From Spirochaetia bacterium (GTDB lineage Bacteria > Spirochaetota > Spirochaetia > DSM-27196 > DATKUC01), in NCBI GenBank assembly GCA_035530755.1, contig DATKUF010000018.1:1-46924 (forward strand): a stretch of 46,924 bases of DNA, read 5' to 3'. The notes under the pieces are model-generated. The model did no database searches, had not been told where the DNA came from, and saw only the letters and a program-made list of their open reading frames with translations. Both the position numbers and the translations under genes were made by a program. This document shows, one piece after another, positions 26,421 to 38,403 of the stretch (position 1 is the first letter of the stretch; the number at the start of each line of letters is the position of its first letter).

Positions 26421-27022
26421 CCGACGACAATCGCGTAATTCCGCTGGTAATGCTCGATGGAGCGGGCGCGCTCATTGACGCTGCTCTGATCAATCGCAAG
26501 GGACTTCGGAAGAGCCTCGAGCATGGTTCCCTGTGGGTGCTGCACCCCGAGACAGGACGGCTTCTGCCCTACAGGTTTCGCAGCGCTGAGAAAACCCCGC
26601 CGCTTGTCGGGCTCATCGAGCGCGGTGAGTTCGCGGTCGCGACACTCGACGTGGCAGCCATCTCCTCCGCGGGAGTCTCGACGGAGGGTGGCAAATCCGG
26701 GGCGGCTACCGGCGCTTCGTCCGGGGCGGGTGAGCCGCCGAAAGAGCGCTCGACCGACGTCATCTCACGTCTTAATGACCTCATTCGTGATCGCAGGGAA
26801 CAGATGCCGGAAGGCTCCTACACGAGCTACCTGTTCCGGGAGGGCGGCGCGAAAATCCGCAAGAAGACCGGCGAAGAGGCCGTCGAGGTTGTCCTCTCCC
26901 AGGACAACGCGGAGCTCACCCGGGAGACCGCCGACCTCATCTACCACCTCCTGGTCCTGCTGGCACACGAAAATGTCGCCTGGGACGACGTGCTCTCCGA
27001 GCTCGAGCAGCGGGGTCGATAG
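26414..27022 (+). CDS. hisE: Phosphoribosyl-ATP pyrophosphatase HisE with an N-terminal degenerate HisI-like domain
   Basis: The C-terminal roughly 90 aa (LNDLIRDRREQMPEGSYTSYLF...TADLIYHLLVLLAHENV) is HisE-like. The N-terminal roughly 85 aa loosely follows the HisI pattern but lacks the Cys/His metal ligands. The ATG overlaps the hisA stop. Confidence 0.75.
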   Translation: MVTDDNRVIPLVMLDGAGALIDAALINRKGLRKSLEHGSLWVLHPETGRLLPYRFRSAEKTPPLVGLIERGEFAVATLDVAAISSAGVSTEGGKSGAATGASSGAGEPPKERSTDVISRLNDLIRDRREQMPEGSYTSYLFREGGAKIRKKTGEEAVEVVLSQDNAELTRETADLIYHLLVLLAHENVAWDDVLSELEQRGR

Positions 27023-27045
27023 GACGGCATCCCGGTGGCGCCGTC
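27023..27045. terminator. Hairpin between the convergent hisE and leuB genes (candidate bidirectional terminator)
   Basis: GACGGC-11 nt-GCCGTC, a 6-bp stem, fills the 23-nt gap between the two stop codons. TTATA follows on the plus strand. Confidence 0.35.
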
Positions 27046-30270
<3,225 letters not shown>

Positions 30271-30290
30271 CCGCAACAAAAGAGGATATC

Positions 30291-31805
30291 ATGCCGGGAT
30301 TTCTGCTGGGATTGGACATCGGGAGCTCCTCCGTCAAGGCGTCGCTGCTCGACAGCGCTACGGGCAAGTCGGTCGCCTCGGCGTCCTCCCCCTCGACTGA
30401 AATGGACATTACCGCGACACGCCCCGGTTGGGCCGAACAGGAACCCGACGAGTGGTGGAATCACGTACGAAATGCGCTTGCCATGGTTCGCAGGACACAC
30501 GCGAAAGAGCTCCTGCAGCTGGCCGGCATCGGTATTTCCTACCAGATGCATGGCCTCGTTCTGGTCGACAGCAACGGGAAAGTCGTTCGCCCCTCGATAA
30601 TCTGGTGCGACAGCCGGGCGGTGCCCTACGGGCAGAAGGCATTCGAAAGACTAGGTGAAGCGTGGTGTCTCGAGCACCTGCTCAATTCGCCGGGAAATTT
30701 CACCGCCGCGAAGCTTGCATGGGTGAAGGACCAGGAGCCGGATAACTTCCGCAAAGTCGCCAAGATGATGCTCCCCGGTGACTTCATTGCTTTCCGACTT
30801 ACCGGCGAGATCACCACAACCGCGAGCGGGTTGTCCGAGGGGATTCTGTGGGACGGAAAGACCGAAAAAGTGGCCGACGAAGTCCTCGATTCTTTTGGCT
30901 TTCCAAAGAGCGTGCTCGCCGACGTCAGGCCGACTTTCGCCGTGCAGGGCACTGTCACCGCGAAGGTTGCCGAGGAGCTGGGGATTCCGACCGCTGTCCC
31001 CGTTTCCTACCGAGCGGGAGATCAACCGAATAACGCATTCTCGCTGAACGTCCTGGAGCCCGGTGAACTCGCCGCGACAGCGGGAACATCCGGCGTCGTC
31101 TACGGAGTAATCGACTCGCCTGCATACGATCCGCGATCTCGCGTCAACACGTTTGTCCATGTGAACCACACACCGGACCGGAAGCGATACGGAGTTCTGC
31201 TTTGCCTCAACGGCACCGGTATCCTCAATCGGTGGCTCAAGCAAAATGCACTCGATCCCGAAGATGGTGAGCCGGTCGACTACGCAACCGTGAATGCTCT
31301 CGCCGAAAAGGCTCCAATTGGGAGCGGCGGGCTGATGATTCTCCCGTTTGGAAACGGAGCGGAGCGGACTCTGGAAAACGCAGATCCCGGGGCGTCCATA
31401 CACGGTCTCAATTTCAACACACACACGCGTCATCACCTGTTGCGCGCCGGGCAGGAGGGCATTGTTTTTGCGCTGAACTACGGGCTCGCGGTGATGCGTT
31501 CGATGGGACTTCCGATAAAAAAGATCCGGGCGGGGTACGCGAACATGTTTCTCAGCCCGCTCTTCGCGCGGGCGTTTGCCACGGTCAGCGGGACGAGCGT
31601 CGAGCTCTACAGAACTGACGGGGCCGAAGGAGCCGCCCGAGGTGCCGGCCTTGGAGCCGGTCTTTTTTCCAACCGCGAGGAGGCGTTTCGAGGCCTGGAG
31701 CGCAAGGAGACAATCGATCCGGTAGAGCGCGGTGCAGCCGCATACCGGGACGCGTACGAAAAATGGCTCGAACGGCTACATTATATGCTTCCCGCGACCC
31801 GGTAA
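30291..31805 (+). CDS. xylB: Xylulokinase (FGGY family)
   Basis: The ATG at 30291 gives MPGFLLGLDIGSSSVKASLLD. Also PGWAEQEPDEWW, SYQMHGLVLVD and IIWCDSRA. Confidence 0.8.
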   Translation: MPGFLLGLDIGSSSVKASLLDSATGKSVASASSPSTEMDITATRPGWAEQEPDEWWNHVRNALAMVRRTHAKELLQLAGIGISYQMHGLVLVDSNGKVVRPSIIWCDSRAVPYGQKAFERLGEAWCLEHLLNSPGNFTAAKLAWVKDQEPDNFRKVAKMMLPGDFIAFRLTGEITTTASGLSEGILWDGKTEKVADEVLDSFGFPKSVLADVRPTFAVQGTVTAKVAEELGIPTAVPVSYRAGDQPNNAFSLNVLEPGELAATAGTSGVVYGVIDSPAYDPRSRVNTFVHVNHTPDRKRYGVLLCLNGTGILNRWLKQNALDPEDGEPVDYATVNALAEKAPIGSGGLMILPFGNGAERTLENADPGASIHGLNFNTHTRHHLLRAGQEGIVFALNYGLAVMRSMGLPIKKIRAGYANMFLSPLFARAFATVSGTSVELYRTDGAEGAARGAGLGAGLFSNREEAFRGLERKETIDPVERGAAAYRDAYEKWLERLHYMLPATR

Positions 31806-31815
31806 CTCATCACGC

Positions 31816-31863
31816 TCAGACTGAGTACTCTCAAACTGAGTACTCTCAAACTGAGTACTCTCA
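31816..31863. repeat. Three tandem 15-bp repeats, each ending in the palindrome GAGTACTC
   Basis: tcaGactgagtactc / tcaaactgagtactc / tcaaactgagtactc, followed by tca. They occupy nearly the whole 55-nt gap between the convergent xylB and phosphatase genes. Adjacent palindromes can pair (8-bp stem, 7-nt loop). Confidence 0.85.
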
Positions 31864-32652
31864 GTAGGGTACAAAATTCACGAGGCGCCACTCAGCGAAC
31901 GCGCTTACCACCGGGCCGGTTTCACCCGCGTCCTGGGGAGTGACACGTGTGCCGGCGGATGACAGATCCGCCGGATCGATTTCCCGGGCGGTCGCAACGC
32001 CGGTAACCGCCATGACACTGCCGGTTTCGTCCAATTTCCCGGCGCGGACCGGCTGCGCGGACATCTGGAAGATCCCGCAGTTCGATATGGCGAACAGCGG
32101 CATCCACGCGGGAGACGAGAGTGTTGCCTTGATCATCCATTGCAGAATTCCCGCATGACTCACGGTTACGATAGCGCGGTTTCCTTTGTTGGCGGTTTCG
32201 ATCAGGCAGTCCCAGAACGCAACCGCTCGCATTCGAAGCGAAGCCACCGATTCTGCGCCCGGAACCGCTTCCCAGCTTTGCGCCTGAAAGCTGTTCCACT
32301 CGGCGGGATATCGGTATCGAATCTCTCCGTAGGAGAGTCCGGAGAACAGACCTGTGTCGAGCTCGATGATCCTCTCATCAGGTACGGGGGCGGGAAGATC
32401 GGCCACTTTGCACATTATGGTCGCCGTCTCCATCGCACGGTCGAGGGGTGAACTGAAAACGGCGTCGACCCTCTTTCCTGCAAACCATTTACCGGCAGCG
32501 TCGGCGTGTTCGCGCCCGCGATCAGAAAGTCTGGCGTTCTGCCTTCCCTGAATGACACTGCCTCGATTGGCTTCACTTTCTCCGTGTCGGACAAAGTAGA
32601 AATCGGTGTGTTGCTGCAGGAGGCTGAAATCGGGTTGGCGATTCGGTTCCAT
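31861..32652 (-). CDS. Histidine phosphatase (phosphoglycerate mutase-like) family protein
   Basis: FYFVRHGESEANRG (RHG motif) and VTVSHAGIL (second His), with a C-terminal extension of about 60 aa. Confidence 0.8.
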   Translation of the reverse strand: MEPNRQPDFSLLQQHTDFYFVRHGESEANRGSVIQGRQNARLSDRGREHADAAGKWFAGKRVDAVFSSPLDRAMETATIMCKVADLPAPVPDERIIELDTGLFSGLSYGEIRYRYPAEWNSFQAQSWEAVPGAESVASLRMRAVAFWDCLIETANKGNRAIVTVSHAGILQWMIKATLSSPAWMPLFAISNCGIFQMSAQPVRAGKLDETGSVMAVTGVATAREIDPADLSSAGTRVTPQDAGETGPVVSAFAEWRLVNFVPY

Positions 32653-32676
32653 CTGTGCTCACATTTCCGCGGTCCT

Positions 32677-32703
32677 GCCGGCGGTCGAGTTGAACCCGCC
32701 GGC
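32677..32703 (-). terminator. GC-rich hairpin directly after the stop of the 613-aa gene
   Basis: GCCGGCGG-11 nt-CCGCCGGC forms a perfect 8-bp stem. There is no U-tract. It lies 25 nt upstream of the phosphatase start, so it may be an attenuator or stability element rather than a full terminator. Confidence 0.35.
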
Positions 32704-32704
32704 G

Positions 32705-34546
32705 TCAGAAGTCGATGATAATGGACTGGTTGGCCGTGTCGTCCAGATATTTGACAAGCAGAGATTCGGTCGACGGAATATAGTAGCGGCCCTTGCTGTA
32801 GGACTCGAAACTCGGGTCGGCGCGCCACGGGCCGTCAAACCCGAAGAGAAACATCTGTGTGAAATTGGGTACTCCTTCGATCAGGATGTATTGCGTTCTT
32901 CCGAGCTGGTAATTGAGCTTGATGCGCCACTCCCGGGCCGTGAAACTCGTGTCTGCGATTCCCATGATCGTCCACATCCAGGCACCGGGTCCTGCGGACT
33001 GATAGAATGAAACTTCGCGAGGGTAGTACGGGTTTGAATTGATCAGCGGGTAGATGTCTTCCGGAGCGATGGTGCCCTGAGACTCTTTTATCGTGCTATT
33101 GTCAAAGAAGAGAATCTGCGGCAGGAACCCCTGATCGTCGGCGAAATCCAGTGCGGACAAAACCAGACTTCGGCCCATGAGCAGCAGCTTTTCGTCGTTC
33201 TGCTTCTGTCCGGCCTCGATGAGCAGCCGGCCGCCGAGTATGGAGTAGTAGAGCTCAATCCGTCCGGGTCTGACCTGCAGGAAGAATCCCTGATCGGTCT
33301 TCACGATGTTGGGGACGAGCGTGCTGGAAATGAGCTCGAAAAATCGAGAGAGCGACGTCGTGGCTTCGGGCGAGATCTGGTCGGCTTCCAAAGCGTTTTG
33401 CAGCATGCCGAGTGCGGTGACAACATCGACGCCGTTCAGGTCGACCCTGGCCGCGAGCTGCAACAGGCTTTGCAGTAGCCCGGCGCCGCCGCGATCAGCG
33501 GCAAACTTCACCGCGTGCGCGCTTCGGAATGCGTCTCGATCTTCCCCCGCGACAAGCGAAGCGAGTCGGGCGGTCTCCTGCTGATCCGAGTTTTGAAGCT
33601 TCTGGTTCATCTCGATGAGGTTGCCCAGATAGACGGAACTGAGGTAGGTAAGACCGGATGGGTGCTTGTCGGCTGCAGTTCGCATTTCCGTAAAAATCCG
33701 CGTGTAGTCATCGCGACGCCATGCTTCGGCGAGGCTTGCTGCCAGAATCGACTCGCTGAAGCCCTGCGTGCCATCCCGGCCGTTCCAGGTTCCCGCGGTG
33801 GGATTGTAGCGTTTGTCGACCCAGGCCGAGTAGGCGACATTGATGTAGTTCTGCACGGCAGTGGCGTACTCTGTTTCGGAGACTTTCATGTCCTGACTTT
33901 CGAACCAGAGCGTAAAGAAATCCTTCGTCGACGGCGGCGCGAGCATGTACCGGATGTTCAGCTTCTCGCTGCTCCCGGCGACGATCAACTGGTCTTTCCG
34001 TGAAGTGATGTTGCTGCGTGCCGGCAGTGTGAGCAGGTAGTCATGTGATCCATAACGCACCGAAAAGACCGGGATATTCTTGTCCGGTTTCGAAATCGAC
34101 GCGTCATTCAGGCCGAACGGGAGAGTGAGGGAGGAAACCTGCCCGAGGGACTCAGGCATCGCAGGAATGATCTCCATCCCGGCATTGTTCGGTCCTGACG
34201 GGGCAAAAGTAAGCTTGGCACCGTGCTCGAACAGGATTTCAAATCCGTTGTCGAGTTTGTTGTATCCGGTGGCTCTCAGGGCCGATTCCTTGCCGTCGCG
34301 AGTATCAACGACGAGGCTTCGATCCGGTGTAAACGGGAATCGAAGTCCTTGAAACTCGATGCTCAGGTCCGTTATCGTCGACCCGCCGTTCCCGTTCCCC
34401 ATCGCGAAATTACCACGCAGCAATATCTGTCCTGCATTGGCTCGAAAGAGCTTTCCGCCGGAAAACTGCAGCAACAGAAGGACGAAGATCACCGCGATAT
34501 ACAGAAGAGGAATCAGGAAATAGACTTTATTAACTCTGCTTTCCAT
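32705..34546 (-). CDS. Large membrane-anchored protein of unknown function
   Basis: The internal ATG (MESRVNKVYFLIPLLYIAVIFVLLLLQF) gives one N-terminal TM anchor followed by about 580 aa with no motif I recognise. Coding is supported by length and codon bias. Confidence 0.6.
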   Translation of the reverse strand: MESRVNKVYFLIPLLYIAVIFVLLLLQFSGGKLFRANAGQILLRGNFAMGNGNGGSTITDLSIEFQGLRFPFTPDRSLVVDTRDGKESALRATGYNKLDNGFEILFEHGAKLTFAPSGPNNAGMEIIPAMPESLGQVSSLTLPFGLNDASISKPDKNIPVFSVRYGSHDYLLTLPARSNITSRKDQLIVAGSSEKLNIRYMLAPPSTKDFFTLWFESQDMKVSETEYATAVQNYINVAYSAWVDKRYNPTAGTWNGRDGTQGFSESILAASLAEAWRRDDYTRIFTEMRTAADKHPSGLTYLSSVYLGNLIEMNQKLQNSDQQETARLASLVAGEDRDAFRSAHAVKFAADRGGAGLLQSLLQLAARVDLNGVDVVTALGMLQNALEADQISPEATTSLSRFFELISSTLVPNIVKTDQGFFLQVRPGRIELYYSILGGRLLIEAGQKQNDEKLLLMGRSLVLSALDFADDQGFLPQILFFDNSTIKESQGTIAPEDIYPLINSNPYYPREVSFYQSAGPGAWMWTIMGIADTSFTAREWRIKLNYQLGRTQYILIEGVPNFTQMFLFGFDGPWRADPSFESYSKGRYYIPSTESLLVKYLDDTANQSIIIDF

Positions 34547-34640
34547 GTATGCGGCGATTGTAGCAACACAATGGCCTCTCATTCAATTGGCCCGAACGCC
34601 CTGGTTACCCTCGTTCTTGTAAAAAGAATGCGGGCAGGCT

Positions 34641-36191
34641 ATGATGAACACCGCTTGCGCACCGGGGCATCCCGTGACCGCTGCTCGGGCACAATCCGAC
34701 ATGAGCGCTTTTTTAAACAAATCACCAGAACAGGGACCAATCTTATCCGCCGCCGCCTGGCCCTGGTTCCGTCGCATCCTGGTGCTCTTCGTCTCGTGCG
34801 CGGCGTTTCTCGCTTCATGCGCAACGCAGCATAACGCGCCGACGGCGGTGTCTTCCGCGGCTGTCGCTTCAACGACCGTGCAACCGACCCCGTCCGAGAC
34901 GCCCGAACAACAGAAGCGTCGTGCCTATGATGAAATCGGGGGCCTGATTGCAAAAGGGGAACCGCAAAAAGCGATAGAGGTCTTCGAGAGCGCTCATCTC
35001 CTCGACCCGCAAAGGCCCGAGAGTGTCCTCTTTCTCGCCAACCTCTATCTTGCCGCTGGAGAGCTCGACGGCGCCCAGAAAGTGTTGACCGATCTGAATA
35101 GGAAGGATCCGAACAATGCCGACGTACTATTTGATCTCTCACTGGTCGCCGGCGCCCGCGGCACCCCGGAGACGCAGGAGCAGCTGCTGAACAGAATGCT
35201 TTCGGTTTCACCAAACGACACGCGCGCACTCGACTCGCTTGGCCGGATCTATCTCGGACAGCAGCATTACGCCCGCGCCGAAACCGCGTTTGGGGGGAGC
35301 CTGAAGCAGAATCCGGAGAATGTCGAGGCGCTTACCGGTCTGGGCACCGCCTATATGTATCAGGGAAAGCTCAATCAGGCGGAAGAGGTACTTAGCAGAG
35401 CAATTTCGCTCGCGCCCACTTCACCGACCGCCTACGTAAGTCGGGGTCGCGAACGTGCCGACAACGGGAATCTCGCCGGCGCCGAAAAGGATCTGGATGC
35501 CGCGATACGGCTCGAACCGAATTATACCTGGCACTACATCGACCGCGGTCGTCTGCGGGCTCGATCGGGGAACTCGATCGGAGCAATCGCTGACTTTACC
35601 CGCGCGGTTGAGATCGATCCCACCTTGTTTCTCGGTTATGCGTATCGGGGGGAGACCTACGATCAATTAGGCAAGAGCGGCGAGGCGCTCTCCGACTACG
35701 AGAAGGTGCTCTCGATCCGACCCGACTACGATCCGGTTTATCCTCTTGCGGGAGCAATTTATTTCATGAATTCCGAGTGGGAGCGTGCGGCGCAGATGTT
35801 CCGAAAGGCATACACGGCTCAGAACAAGGAATACGCTTACCCGCTGCTCATCGCGCTCTGCTACAAATTCAAGGGCGACGAACGAGGCGCCAGAAACTAT
35901 CTGTCCGGGGTCATCAACGATGTCGCGCGGGATTCCCTCTATTATGAAATGTGTCGGTACTATATGCAGCCGAACAACGACAGCACGATATTCCAGCGAA
36001 TCATGGACACCAAGGATGCCTATCTGAAGACAAAAATGCTCTTTTTTCTCGGCGCCCAATATGACCTGAATGGCCAGACCAGCCTGGCGCAGACCGTACT
36101 TCTTTCAATCGATTCGCACAGATTTCCGTCGTTGCTCGAAGCTCGACTCGCTGCGTGGATTGTGAAGGGAAAGGCTGAAGCTTCCCGATGA
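34641..36191 (+). CDS. TPR-repeat lipoprotein
   Basis: Signal peptide with lipobox FLASC, then at least 8 TPR-like units (e.g. AIEVFESAHLLDPQRPES, AETAFGGSLKQNPENVEA, AIADFTRAVEIDPTLFLG). The start may be the ATG at 34701. Confidence 0.75.
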   Translation: MMNTACAPGHPVTAARAQSDMSAFLNKSPEQGPILSAAAWPWFRRILVLFVSCAAFLASCATQHNAPTAVSSAAVASTTVQPTPSETPEQQKRRAYDEIGGLIAKGEPQKAIEVFESAHLLDPQRPESVLFLANLYLAAGELDGAQKVLTDLNRKDPNNADVLFDLSLVAGARGTPETQEQLLNRMLSVSPNDTRALDSLGRIYLGQQHYARAETAFGGSLKQNPENVEALTGLGTAYMYQGKLNQAEEVLSRAISLAPTSPTAYVSRGRERADNGNLAGAEKDLDAAIRLEPNYTWHYIDRGRLRARSGNSIGAIADFTRAVEIDPTLFLGYAYRGETYDQLGKSGEALSDYEKVLSIRPDYDPVYPLAGAIYFMNSEWERAAQMFRKAYTAQNKEYAYPLLIALCYKFKGDERGARNYLSGVINDVARDSLYYEMCRYYMQPNNDSTIFQRIMDTKDAYLKTKMLFFLGAQYDLNGQTSLAQTVLLSIDSHRFPSLLEARLAAWIVKGKAEASR

Positions 36192-37147
36192 AAGGCCTCG
36201 ACGAGCTCATCACGCACATCGACCCAGGTCGCGGACTGCTCATTCAGGCGCACGATTTTCCCGACCACGACGCAGTGGCGTGCGCGTATGCGCTGGGACT
36301 TCTGCTTGGTTCGCGTGGAATCGAAAACGGCCTTTGTTACGGCGGTACGATTCAGAGCAATTCCCTCGACCAGACAATCCGCCTGCTCGAAATTCCGATC
36401 AGCGCGCTGAGCGATCTTTCGGTACCCGAGAGCACTCAACTCATTGTGGTGGATGGTTTTGTCGGCAACAAGAACGTGACTGGACTCGCGTTGGATGTAA
36501 TCGGCGTGATCGACCATCACGAACCACCGGATGCGCCCGCGACACCCTACTTTGATATTCGGCCGGAGTATGGTTCCTGTTCCACAATCCTCTATCAGTA
36601 CTACAAAGCGGCAGGAGTGGAGCTCGCGCCCAACACGGCGACCATGCTGCTGATGGGTATCATGATGGACACGGCGTTTATGACGCGCGGAGTCGCGCCG
36701 GTCGATATGGAAGCTTTCTCGGACCTGTTCTTTCGAGGCGACTGGGAAACGGGCAGCAGGCTGCTGAAGAACTCCCTTTCATTGAGTGATCTGTCGGTGT
36801 TTCGGGAAGCGATCAATTCGTGCGTGGTCGCGGATGATTTCTGTTTCGTTCCAGTCCAGAAGGAGTGTACGCCTGAGGTGATGGCGCTGGTCGCAGATTT
36901 CTTTCTCGGACTGAGAGAGATTCATTTTGTCGTGGTGCTTGAACCGGATCGGGACGCCTACAGGCTTTCGGTCAGAAGCGAGGACAACGCAAGGCCGGCC
37001 GACGTGGTGATACGACGCGCGCTTTCCGGGATCGGTTCCGGCGGCGGACACGTTCATATGGGTGGCGGAAGCATTCCTCGCGATCTGTTTCCCGGCGAAC
37101 AGAGCCTCAGAAATCGATTCCTGAGAGCTATGGGGCGGGAAGATTGA
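36188..37147 (+). CDS. DHH/DHHA1 family phosphoesterase (NrnA-like)
   Basis: DHD (FPDHDAV), the DHH motif VIDHHEPP and DHHA1 GGGHVHMGGG. The ATG overlaps the TPR gene stop (ATGA). Confidence 0.75.
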   Translation: MKGLDELITHIDPGRGLLIQAHDFPDHDAVACAYALGLLLGSRGIENGLCYGGTIQSNSLDQTIRLLEIPISALSDLSVPESTQLIVVDGFVGNKNVTGLALDVIGVIDHHEPPDAPATPYFDIRPEYGSCSTILYQYYKAAGVELAPNTATMLLMGIMMDTAFMTRGVAPVDMEAFSDLFFRGDWETGSRLLKNSLSLSDLSVFREAINSCVVADDFCFVPVQKECTPEVMALVADFFLGLREIHFVVVLEPDRDAYRLSVRSEDNARPADVVIRRALSGIGSGGGHVHMGGGSIPRDLFPGEQSLRNRFLRAMGRED

Positions 37148-37185
37148 AACTGGGCTGGGCGACGAATCAGCTAAGGATAGTGTAG

Positions 37186-38373
37186 ATGGAAACAACAAAC
37201 GAAACGGTTACCCGGCTCCGCGTGGAGGCCCGAGAAATCATACTCATCGGTACCGCGCATGTGTCTCGCGAGAGTGTTGACGAGGTGGCCCGGGTAATCG
37301 AAGAGGAGAACCCGGGACGGGTTTGCGTGGAGATCGACAACGCCAGGTACCAGTCGATTGTCCAGGGCGAAGCCTGGTCCGGGATCAATATTTATCAGGT
37401 GATTCGTGAACGCAAGGGTTTCCTGCTCCTGGGGAATCTTGTTCTCGCGTCCTTTCAGAAACGCCTCGGTGTGGATCTCGGCGTCCGACCCGGCGAAGAA
37501 ATGATCGAATCGATACGGATCGCCGAAGAGCGCGGAATACCGGTCTCTCTATGCGATCGCGATATCCAGGTGACCCTCCGGCGTGCATGGGCCAAGTCCG
37601 GGTTCTGGGGCAAGAACAAGATGATTGCGGCGCTTCTCAGCGCAGTCTTTACCAACGAAAAGCTCTCTTCAGAGGAGATAGAAGCTCTCAAACAGAAGAG
37701 CGCCCTGGAGAGTATGATGCAGGAGCTTGCCGGTTACCTGCCCTCCGTCAAGGAGGTGTTGATCGACGAACGCGATCGCTTTCTGGCCACGCGTATTTTC
37801 GAAACCACCGAAGAGCGGGTGGTTGCCGTGGTTGGCGCAGGACACGTTCCCGGCATCGTCCAATGGATCGAAAAGCTGAAGGGGGGAGATGCTGACCGGA
37901 ATCTTTCCGATATAAGCACGGTCCCGGAGCGGAACAAGTTTGCCCGGGCTATTCCGTGGATCATACCGGCGCTCGTGCTCGGCCTTCTGGCTATGGGTTT
38001 TGCCCGACACGGTTGGCAGATGACGTTGAACATGATGCTTCTGTGGGTTGTAGTCCACGGGACACTTTCCGCGCTAGGTGCTCTCGTTGCCCTCGCGCAC
38101 CCGGTGACGATACTGGTTGCATTTGTCGCTTCGCCGATCACCTCGCTCAACCCGACGATCGGCGTCGGGTTTGTGACAGGGCTGCTCGAAGCGGTCATGC
38201 GCAAACCGCGCGTGCAGGACGTCGAAACTCTTCAGGAATCCATTACGACTTTCAAGGGTTTTTTTCGCAACCGGATTACGCACATTCTGCTCGTGTTCTT
38301 TCTCTCGTCGGTTGGAAGTGCGATCGGCACCTTCGTGGGCATTCCGTTTCTGACCGCGTTCCTCGCGCGGTAG
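37186..38373 (+). CDS. TraB/GumN family protein with a C-terminal membrane domain
   Basis: ILIGTAHVSRESVDEV, ERDRFLA and VVGAGHVPGI motifs of the TraB (PrgY-like) family. Four C-terminal TM helices. Confidence 0.8.
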   Translation: METTNETVTRLRVEAREIILIGTAHVSRESVDEVARVIEEENPGRVCVEIDNARYQSIVQGEAWSGINIYQVIRERKGFLLLGNLVLASFQKRLGVDLGVRPGEEMIESIRIAEERGIPVSLCDRDIQVTLRRAWAKSGFWGKNKMIAALLSAVFTNEKLSSEEIEALKQKSALESMMQELAGYLPSVKEVLIDERDRFLATRIFETTEERVVAVVGAGHVPGIVQWIEKLKGGDADRNLSDISTVPERNKFARAIPWIIPALVLGLLAMGFARHGWQMTLNMMLLWVVVHGTLSALGALVALAHPVTILVAFVASPITSLNPTIGVGFVTGLLEAVMRKPRVQDVETLQESITTFKGFFRNRITHILLVFFLSSVGSAIGTFVGIPFLTAFLAR

Positions 38374-38396
38374 ACCGCAAATCGCGCGGTAGACCG
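38363..38396. repeat. 15-nt direct duplication spanning the TraB stop codon
   Basis: TCGCGCGGTAGACCG occurs at 38363-38377 and again at 38382-38396, a 19-nt period. Confidence 0.8.
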
Positions 38397-38403
38397 GGGA
38401 CAA

